DNA of 64,000 nucleotides from Zygnema circumcarinatum SAG 698-1b (lineage: Eukaryota > Plantae > Zygnematophyceae). Positions 38,126-47,300 of this stretch are shown here, piece by piece. The DNA lies in contig CM074804.1 of NCBI GenBank assembly GCA_037447605.1, forward strand, positions 6,239,909 to 6,303,908. Direction: 5' to 3'. Position 1 is the first letter of the stretch; the number at the start of each line of letters is the position of its first letter. The position numbers and the translations under genes are program-made. The notes below the pieces were generated by a model that searched no databases, was not told the origin of the DNA, and was given only the letters and a program-made list of their open reading frames with translations.

Positions 38126-40479
38126 GAGGCGTACCTGCGGCAACGGTAGTGTGTGAGCGTCCGTCCTCCTCGGCTCCGCAAGGAGGGTCGCAGGCAGGCG
38201 GCGGCAGGCAGGCGGCGTCAGGCAGGCGCCCTCTCTCAGGCTCGGGCGGGCGGGCGGGCGGCAGGACGCGGTGCGAGTGGGCGCAGTAGGACACGGCTGT
38301 TAGTGGCGGCGGCGATGGGGGGGGGGGCGGGGCCCGCCCGGGCGGGCGGCCGGGCGTGACGCGGCGCTGACGCCATTTTTCGTCATTCAGCCGTTCGTAA
38401 CCCTTTGTCGGAACCTGTTTTGGTTGCAAAAAAAATCGTGCGAAAAAAGACGTTTTTAGCACGATCCGAAGGGCGTTTTTAGTACAGTAGCCCCCCCAAT
38501 ATTTTCGCCCCTATTAGGGGAGTCAGACCTTGACCATCGCTTACGAAATTCCCGAATTCCTAAAAGTAACTTCTTTCGTGTACGAATTCCGGGTCGGGGT
38601 CCGCGGCTCCGCCGAGCCCAGCCGTACCGAAATGCGTACCTAGCCAATGCAGTAGGACCCCATCATATTTTCCACCTCCAAAAGTGCGTCACCAATAAAT
38701 TCGCACCAATTTTGCTGAAACCACTTTTTTGTACGGTAACTTTGTGTTAGCCGTACTATTCGTACTAGCTGTACAGTCGGGGGTCCTCGTATTTACCGCC
38801 CTGAGGAGTGCGTCCCCAAGAATTTCGCCCCGATTTTGCCGAAACCACCTTTTGTACGGTAACTTCGTGTTACCGTACTGTCCGTACTATTCGTACTAGC
38901 CGTACTGTCCGTTACGGGCTTACGCAAAACTCACCTAATCTCCCCGCACGTGCCGCCGTAAGAGGCGCTCGCTCTTCTCCCAAACTTCTTCTTGACTTCG
39001 ATACGATACGATACGATACACTACGAAACTCCCCGATACGGTAATATCCGTACTAGCCGTACGAGCTGTAGTACAGTAGGACCCCGTCATATTTTCCACC
39101 TTCAAAAGTGCGTCCCCAAGAAATTCGCCACGATTTTGCCGAAACTACCTTTTTGTACGGTAACTTTATGTTAGCCGTATTATTCGTACGAGCCGTACGA
39201 GCCGTACTATTCGTACTAGCTGTACTAGCCGTCACGGGCTTACGCAAAACTGACCTATTCTCCCCGCACGAGCCGCCGTAAGAGGCGCTCGTTCTTCTCC
39301 ACTTTTTCTTGGTTTCGATACGATACGATACGCACCGATACGGTACTATCCGTACTATTCATACGAGCTGTCGTAGCCGATACACTACGATACGGTACGA
39401 TATGGTACGGTCCAACATGAACTCTAACATAATACCGCCCGTCTATTGGTAACACGGACCTTATAATTTGCCAAATACAATATTTTTGCCCGATATTTGC
39501 CAAATCTATGGCGAAAATATGACGGGGTCCTACTGTACTGTAGCCGTTACGGGCTCGAATTTAAACTCTCCGAATTTTCCCGCCCTTGCCGCCGCAAGAG
39601 GCCACCATAGTGTCAGTTGCCACGATACGATACGGTACGACGCGGTACGATGTGCCAGAAAAACGACACGATACGATACGTACGAACACAAATGAACTCT
39701 AACAGAATTCCGCTCGCCTATTGGTAACACAGACCTGATATTTGCCAAAAACAATATTTTTGCCGGATATTCGCTAAAACCAGGTGGAAAATATGATGGA
39801 GTCCTAGTGTGCTCAATTCGCCCGACAGGCTTACGAAATTGATTAGGGGGTCTCAGACTTAAAAAACGATTACCAATTACCAAGCTGTACGATTACCAAG
39901 TTTTCGAGTCAACTTCACCAGTCTCGCGCCCCCCGAACGTAACCGTGATCGTGATGCGACGTGACTTTATCACCACTCCGCATTTGCCGGTATGACCAAT
40001 TTCCAAAGGCGCGATGACCAACTTCGCCCGCGCGGGGGGGTCTCAAACTTAAAAAAAGGCTGCGAACGGCGCGGGTAGATCGCCGATACCTGACGTCAGA
40101 TGCCGCAATTTTGAATTGCAAACCCGGACCCCTCGTCTTCCCCTTTCCTCCCTTGCGGCTTCCAAGCGGCCCGACCCTCTTCCAGCGCCTCCTCATCTCG
40201 CTCGCTCGCCCGCCCGCGCGGGCTTTGCTTTGCGCTGCTCCTGCAGACGTTCGCTGTGTGGGCGCTCATTGACTGGGACCTCGGAGGGCTCGCCTTCTCC
40301 ACAACCACGGTCGGACTCTTCCGACCGTCTGCCGGACCCCTCCTGGTAAGACTCTCTACTCTCTAGAAAAACAACAAAGGGGAGGATGAAACCCTAAACA
40401 TAGAAGCCCAAAAGTCAGGAGCCGTAAAAAGATCACGTCCAGCTACAAAGATTAATGTCATACTCCTAGCCACGCCAGC

Positions 40480-40656
40480 CTCTCACTCTCCCTTTCCCAC
40501 TGCCGCTCCCTCTCCACCTAACACTCCCACAGCCTCTATCTCTTTCCTTCTCCCTCTCCCACTGCCTCTCCCTATCCCACTGCCTCTCCCTCTCCGTCTC
40601 CCACTGCATCTCCCTCTCTTTATCCCTCTCCATCCTCCCCTTTGCCCTTTTCCCTC
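40480..40656. repeat. CT-rich imperfect repeat (CCCACTGCCTCTCCCT-like)
   Basis: Visible directly. It is the reverse complement in type of the GA-rich repeat at 41215-41770. Confidence 0.85.
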
Positions 40657-40756
40657 NNNNNNNNNNNNNNNNNNNNNNNNNNNNNNNNNNNNNNNNNNNN
40701 NNNNNNNNNNNNNNNNNNNNNNNNNNNNNNNNNNNNNNNNNNNNNNNNNNNNNNNN
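40657..40756. other. Assembly gap (100 N)
   Basis: Run of N. A second 10-N gap lies at 42037-42046. Confidence 1.
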
Positions 40757-41149
40757 TTGTTCACACTTCATCTCCAATGTTGTCACACCAGAACTTGTAT
40801 CGTTTGGGGTCAGCCCAAACCCTGTTTGACAACTTGCATTGAAAGTTTTTTTCCATTTTCCAACATGATGTTTCCACTTCTGCCTCATTTGTTCACCAGT
40901 CAAAGGTAGGCCTCTACGATGTTTGCCTAAATATGCTGCCAAAACCTCATACATTTTTGCCTTTGTTTTGGCTTGGCCATCCACTTTAACTTTGCCTGCA
41001 CCATGCAGCCTGTCGTAGTTGTCTTTCATGTTCAACCAGGCTATAATGTGTTCTATGTCCTCTTTAGTCAATGCTTGGGCCCTTAGTGAATTGGCAGATA
41101 CTCTCCCATACGCATTGTCATTAGTGGCAGCATGCTTGCGTTTTTTCAA
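40757..41149 (-). CDS. Transposon Myb/SANT-like DNA-binding protein fragment (Harbinger-type second ORF), cut by an assembly gap
   Basis: IIAWLNMKDNYDRLHG...TKAKMYEVLAAYLGK...LTGEQMRQKWKHHVGKWKKT...QTGFGLT...GVTTLEMKCE has the W..NY, KW..Y/H and TGFGLT pattern I associate with Myb-like ORFs of fungal/oomycete Harbinger-type elements. The ORF-track continuation beyond the Ns is not reliable. Confidence 0.65.
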
Positions 41150-41214
41150 CCCATCATTGACCTGCTACATTTCGTAGGATAAAAAAAAATATCAGAAAAA
41201 AAAGGAAAAGGGAG

Positions 41215-41770
41215 AGTAGAGAAAATTAAGGCGGGAAACCGAGGAGGGCGAGTGAAGAGGGAGAAGGAGAGGGATAAAGAGAAGGACAGTCAGTGGGAGA
41301 GGGAGAGGGATAAAGAGAGGGAGAGGTAGTGAGAGATGGAGAGGGAGAGGCAATGGGAGAGGGAGTAGGATAGGGAGAGGGAGAGGCAATGGGAAATGAA
41401 GAGGAAGAGGTAGAGGGAAGAAGAGAGGGATAGGGAGAAGGTGAGGCAGTTAGAGATGGAGAGGAAGAGGCAAAGGGAAGTAGAGAGGGATAGGGAGAGG
41501 GTGAGGCAGTGGGAGATGGAGAGGGAGAGGCACTGGTAGTGGGAGACGGAGAGGGAGAGGGAGAGGCAGCGGGAGATGGAGAGAGAGAGGCAGTGGGAGA
41601 GGGAGTGGGATAGGGAGAGGGAGAGGCAGTGGGAAATGGAGAGGAAGAGGTAGAGGGAAGAAGAGAGGGATAAGGAGAGGGTGAGGCAGTGGGAAATGGA
41701 GAGGAAGAGGTAGTGGGAAGAAGAGAGGGATAGGGAGAGGGTGAGGCAGTGGGAAATGGAGAGGGAGAAG
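41215..41770. repeat. GA-rich imperfect tandem repeat (~60-bp higher-order units of GAGAGGGAGAGGCAGTGGGA..)
   Basis: Recurrent AGAGAGGGATAGGGAGAGGGTGAGGCAGTGGGAAATGGAGAGGAAGAGG units. Confidence 0.9.
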
Positions 41771-42273
41771 CAATGGCATGAGGTACAACAGGTTGCTGCA
41801 GAGGTGAGGTGAGGTGGCATCTCCTCATCTGGAGCAATAGTCAGGACACAATGTGACGGTGAGTAATTAACTGCTCTAAAAATGGCTCAAACAAGAGAAT
41901 GTCCCGCCTTTCGCAAACCAAGACAGACGAGAGCGATGCATTCTTCATGGCTAAGGGCAGCAGAGGCAACGAAGCACACCGAGAAGGAAAGGACACCAAG
42001 GTGAGGCAAGGCCACGCAACATCTCCATTCGTGTATNNNNNNNNNNAGGCTGTACGATTACCAAGTCCTGGGGCGCCCATGACCAATTTCGGACTTGTAC
42101 GATTACCAGCGTTGACTTGCATTTGGTTCGGCACAGGTTCGGCAAAGTAATCATTATTACCAATTTCTCTATCCCCGATTACCAATTACCAAGCTGTACG
42201 ATTACCAAGTTTTGTTTAAGTCTGAGACCCCCTATTTGGCGACGGTCGTGGTCTGACTCCCCCTATTAAAAAG

Positions 42274-43157
42274 GGGTAGTGTTACTTCCACCCCTTTTTT
42301 GAATCCAAACACCCCTTCCCGGCCGGGCAGATTTCAAAAGGGATTAAACACGGAAAATACTTTTTTCACCCCTTTTTGGAATCGATACCCACCTTCTTCC
42401 GTCGGCTGATTTTATTTTTGCTAACCAAGGAAAATGATACCCCGTCACCGCATTTTGAATACTGTTATCCCGCCTCCCTGAATTTATTTTTTGAGGAAAA
42501 GAAATATCTGCATGCCCAAATCCGCTCGGAGCGGAAGATCCGTCCGCCACGAGATCGTTCGTTGGTGGCCGTCCTTCACACGTGTGTGTCAATCGCTGCT
42601 GTCGATTCCCTCGCAGATCGCACCACTGCAGATCACCGTTCGATCTGCAGCCGGGCTCGATCTTAGCGAATGGAAAGCGCCCACGAGCCCGTCAAAGCCG
42701 GATCGCACGTGCGAGTGCGCGCGTCCCTCGGCCTGAGATCTCGTCATTGTTAGCTCCTAGCCAATCAACATCTGCCACGTGTTATATATTTTGACGTGGA
42801 AAATTTTGATTGGTCCAAGCTCTCAATGTACCAAATTTTGGGTTCCTCAAGTTGCAACCGTACGACATTTAGTACGGACAAACTTTTGAGACGACTTTGG
42901 CGGGATACGTGGGCATGTGCCATTCGCTGTGACCGAGCCCGGCTGCAGATCGAACGGCGAGATATAGGCGGGATATTCAAAATGGGGTGACGAGTTATCA
43001 TTTTCCTTGTTTAGCAAAAATAAAATCTGCCGATGGAGGGTGGGTATCGATTCCAAAAAGGTGTCAAAAATGCATTTTCCGTTTTCAATCCTTTTTGAAA
43101 TCTGCCCGGCCGGGAAGGGGTGTTTGGATCCAAAAAAGGGGTGGAAATAACACTACC
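42274..43157. mobile_element. Non-autonomous Mutator-like element (MULE/foldback MITE) with ~185-bp TIRs and 9-bp TSD
   Basis: 42275-42461 and 42974-43157 are long imperfect inverted repeats (GGTAGTGTTACTTCCACCCCTTTTTT... / ...AAAAAAGGGGTGGAAATAACACTACC). ATTAAAAAG is duplicated at 42265-42273 and 43158-43166. An extra perfect 24-bp internal IR lies at 42636-42659 / 42934-42957. Confidence 0.85.
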
Positions 43158-43562
43158 ATTAAAAAGCAGTTTTTCGTCACAGTTTGTTGAGTGACACCCC
43201 CCAATGGACATCCCTAGCCCTGACGGCCCCGGCTACGTACGGTACGGTACGGTCCGGCCGCCGCGGGCGGGCGGGGGGCCAATGAACGCATTGAATGCGC
43301 CGTGACGCCCCGCCCTGCTTGCCCGCCCACCGCCTGCCACCGCGAGTGACGCGTCACGTGGGACCGGCCAGGCTGGCGGGCGGGCGGCCGGCCGGCCAGC
43401 GGCAGTTACTGCTGAGCCGAGCCTTCGCGGCAGCTTCGTGCGGGCGAGCTGGTTGGTTAGTGTCCTTTTGCGGTTGGGCCTGCACATGACATGACATGGC
43501 ATGACATGACATGACATGCGGAGTGGTGGAAGCGGCAACGCAAGCGAGGTCCATGCCATCCA

Positions 43563-43658
43563 CTTGTCCTTGGGTCCTTCGCGACCAGTTCCTCGTGGTT
43601 CTCCATGCCGATTTTGTCCATGTACATTTGATGGCATCATCGCCATGGTGAGATCAAT
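43563..43658. repeat. Dispersed non-coding repeat, copy 2 (copy 1 at 2362-2497)
   Basis: Collinear similarity to 2362-2497. Confidence 0.85.
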
Positions 43659-43895
43659 GCCACTTCATTCCTCCCCGAAAGGTGAAAAGTAAATGGATGC
43701 GCATCACGATTGCCAAGCAAAAGGAAGTAACAAGAGGAATGGCACCTCGCCAGGGGCGAGACCGCGCACGCCGCACCACTGCACTGGACAAACCGCCGCG
43801 GGAGTTGGACGCAAAACGTCGCACGGCCTCCGAGCACATGCCGCGGTGCCCCGCTAGCTTGCAGGGCCGCATGACGCCATGGCGAAGTGCACCCA

Positions 43896-44057
43896 GCCAA
43901 CGCCAACGCCAACGCCAACGCCAACGCCAACGCCAACGCCAACGCCAACGCCAACGCCAACGCCAACGCCAACGCCAACGCCAACGCCAACGCCAACGCC
44001 AACGCCAACGCCAACGCCAACGCCAACGCCAACGCCAACGCCAACGCCAACGCCAAC
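43896..44057. repeat. (GCCAAC)27 hexanucleotide microsatellite
   Basis: 162 bp of perfect GCCAAC units, about 300 bp upstream of the ATG at 44360. Confidence 0.98.
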
Positions 44058-44359
44058 CGTGGCCTTCCCTCGAGCACGAAGCCAAGTGGCCGGCCGGCGG
44101 ACGCCATTATTAGCCATTATGACCGTACGGCTGATCGGGCGTATCTCTGGCCGTTGGTGAAGCGCGGCGCCAGCCATGTGGGCGGACGGGCGGGCCACGT
44201 GCCGCCCCGCCGCCATCAATGCCGTGCGCGAGTGAAGGCTCGCCCGCCCCCGCGCGCTATTCCTCGCCCGCCTCCGCTCTCGCTCTCGCTCTCGCGCTCA
44301 CAGCACCTGCCGGCCGAAGCAGACGCGGTGGCCGCTGGAGCTCTGGGCGTGAGGGCACC

Positions 44360-47300
44360 ATGGCGGAGCAGGCGGACGCCGTCTTGTTTCTGCGCTGCCA
44401 CAGCGGAGAGGAAAAGGGGGAGGAGTGCACGTGGGAGGAGGTGGCGCCCGACGGGTAAGTCGCAACAGTTTCGAAGGAAACTGATCTTGAGTCAGTCACA
44501 AACAACTCAGGCCCACACATTTGGTGAAAATCTAGTCTCCTTGGCCTGCCGGAATTTGCAGCTGAAGCCAATTCTGAACCCTCGGCTGCGTGCTGCGAGC
44601 TCGAGCTCTGCGCGGGGCTGTGCAAGCAGCATTTCTGCCTTGCGTCCTTCTGCAGGCCTTGTGCAGTTTTCTACTGCTCTGCATCATGGCTCGTCCAGGG
44701 ATTGGCCCTTCATCTCTGCCCCCTGCCCGGTTTCCTCTCACTCCTGACACTGGTTTCTATTGCTGCGTCCGGGCATGTCTCGGCTCACAACCCTGCATTG
44801 AAAGGTGGCGTCCGAAGTAGTTCTAAAAGTGAGCGCAAATGAATATGTTATCTATTAGCGATTGCTATTGAGAGCTTTCATACCCTCAACTGTGAAGAGT
44901 CCCTCTGCATTACTTGGCAATCTCCTTTCTTAGAGTTGGGTCAATCTGACAGCATTACAGCTTCCCGACGCTGATTCGCCTGAAGCCTGTTTCTTTCAGC
45001 AAGCATAGTCTAGGTTGGCGTTTGTGCTCCGGGAAGCGGACTCAACGCACCGGAAAACTCTCATTTTGAATTTGTTTTTCCACTTGATTAGTTAGAGAAG
45101 AGCATGTTTGCATGGGAGGCATATACAGCATTTTGTAAGCTGCTTTTAGAGTGGCGCTGCGTTCATTTACTGCCGGGAAGCTTCCCTTGTTAGGATGAGC
45201 CGTCATCACCTTTGCTCCTCCACTAATCTGCAGAATCGCACAGAAAGTTCAGAAAGAAGATTTGACGAGGCATAGATGGCCGAGACCTCGCTTTTTGCAG
45301 GTTGCTATCCATGATTTATATCTCACAATGTCTGAGGTCGTCTGGATCAGATGCGACGTTGTCACCTGAGACTGAAGCTTTAGCATGCCATTGGTTCCTT
45401 CCGATTTATCTTCCTCTGGCAACATGCGAATGGCCTCAAAGATCCCTTTTAACTCCATTTTGTCCATATGCACAGTGAAGCGTAGACCTTCATTCTTATT
45501 ACTGAATAACACAGCAGCTACCAAGCTTCTGTGGTCCCATCAGCTAAGTCTGTCATGTCCTTTCATAGGTATGCTGCTAGTTGTAGCCTCCGAAGGCAGC
45601 AGCTGACGAGTAGGTAATCCGCGGGACTCAGATCAGCACGGTCAGAGTTGCCCAATCTGGGGTTCGTACCTCGGCTAGCTGAAACTATTTCACTGCAACC
45701 TGAACTCACAATTATAAGGACACTCTTGTCACCTGAACAACTTTATTCACACTAACATTGCGACATAAATCCTTCGCTCCAAACATGGTCCAAGTTCGTT
45801 CTGAGAGAACGACACATAGCAAGTAGAGAAGGAGAAGAGATACAACAGATGTTATTGGAAGCAGTTATGGAAGGGATTAGCAAGTCGCCATCTGGACCTC
45901 GAGCTGCAGTCAGTTCACAACACACGCGTGAACACGTATGTGCATGTTGCCTTGCGTCACGCACTGCTGCTGAATTGAATTGACGGCCTAGGAGTCGCAT
46001 AGTAAAATGGGCGCGAGGTTGGGCGTGGCTGCCAATTGCTGCAGTCTTGTCCCTCGACGGCCAACTCTGGAAGAACTTGCCGTCTCCTCCATTTCGGAGC
46101 TCATCTGCCCACTTTGCAAGCAGGTGGGCAGGGGATATTCTCTGCTTGGGAGGGGCTGTTCAAATTGCTGCCCTCAAGTGCTCTATTGGCGGTGAATTTC
46201 ATTGATGCCCAATGGCATATGAATGTCTGTCTGCCTACGCATACCAGGCATAAAGATGCTTCACAGCTCATCCCTGTCTCGCTGTGCAGGTCTTCAGCAT
46301 TGCAGTTACTGCTGCTTGCGGCGATGTCTTCTGCAGGTGCATCTCTCACACCCTAAATTTCAACCTGCTAAACGAACCGTCTTCTGTGTAGACTTCCGGG
46401 CTCACAATCTGACGGCAGCATGGGTACAGAGACTGTCTACGTGAGGAGACTCAGGCAAACGATGCCGCCTGTCCGATCTGTGAGCAGCCCTTAGAGGTAC
46501 TCCCTCTGCCCACGTTTCCTACATTACAAGAACAGCAAACCTTCTTGCAGCAGCAGTGATGGCTGTGCTCTGGGAGAGGTGCAGGCCGGCACCCCCGCGC
46601 CCTCTCGAGCAGCGCAGAAGAGGCTGGCCACCCTCCAGATGCGCTGCGAGAATGGCCTCTCGTACGACCTCCGCAAGAGGCGCTTTACGGCTGAGGGATT
46701 CCTCGCGGAAGGCTGCCCAGTAGTGGTCGCCTATTCCGACTACCATGCGCATTTGCAGGCACGGCATTACGCTTCGATTCTCCCCATGTCTTGCCATCCT
46801 TTTCTCTGCTTTAGCTTCAGATACCATTCTGTTTAACCGCGAGAAGGTTTCCCTTGTGTCGAGGATACGAATGCCCATTCGTGCTGGACTCAAAGGGCAG
46901 ACATGTGGACGGGGATTGCAGAAATGCAGTTACACCATAGTGGCGTGCGCGTATCAGGACATGGGCTGCAGCATGGCGGTGGAACGCGCTGCCTGGAAAG
47001 CGCACTGTGCAGCCTGCAATTACCGCATGGAGCTCTGCGAGTATGAGATGTTCCCCCGACCACACAGCAAATGTATGCGGCAAGAGCAGAAGAAAAGTTG
47101 TTTCCAAGCCATGGCCTGACGCGGGGCAGAGAGCGGCGTGCAGGTGCGGGCAGGACGTGGTGCAGCTCGCGAAGGAGGAGCACCGGAAGGTGTGCAGGGC
47201 TCGTTCCATGCCCTGTCCGCACTCTCAGTTTGGCTGCGTCTTTGTGGGCACACTCGCTGCCGCAGAGGAGCATCTCAAGATATGTCCGTACGAGATGGTG

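Larger units (their letters stand above)
39845..42233. mobile_element. Nested PIF/Harbinger-superfamily-like transposon carrying a Myb/SANT-like ORF
   Basis: Perfect 19-bp TIR AGGGGGTCTCAGACTTAAA (39845-39863) / TTTAAGTCTGAGACCCCCT (42215-42233), ATT duplicated at 39842-39844 and 42234-42236, and a 38-bp subterminal repeat at both ends. It contains two N gaps. Confidence 0.85.
38516..42264. mobile_element. Outer non-autonomous TIR DNA transposon (PIF/Harbinger-superfamily-like), ~1.36 kb once the nested insertion is removed
   Basis: Left end AGGGGAGTCAGACCTTGACCATCGC (38516-38540) and right end GCGACGGTCGTGGTCTGACTCCCCCT (42239-42264) are imperfect inverted repeats, with ATT on both flanks (38513-38515, 42265-42267). 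The interior 38650-39810 consists of direct and inverted ~120-280 bp subrepeats. Confidence 0.75.

Noticed and set aside
37659-38462. 267-aa and overlapping Pro/Leu/Ser-rich ORFs
   Set aside because: They arise from the purine-rich low-complexity tract.
40466-41149. 227-aa ORF spanning the N gap
   Set aside because: Frame continuity across a 100-N placeholder gap is not evidence; only 40757-41149 is called.
43637-44219. ORFs with poly(PT), (AN), (QR), (LA), (WR), (GV)
   Set aside because: Six-frame readouts of the (GCCAAC)27 microsatellite.
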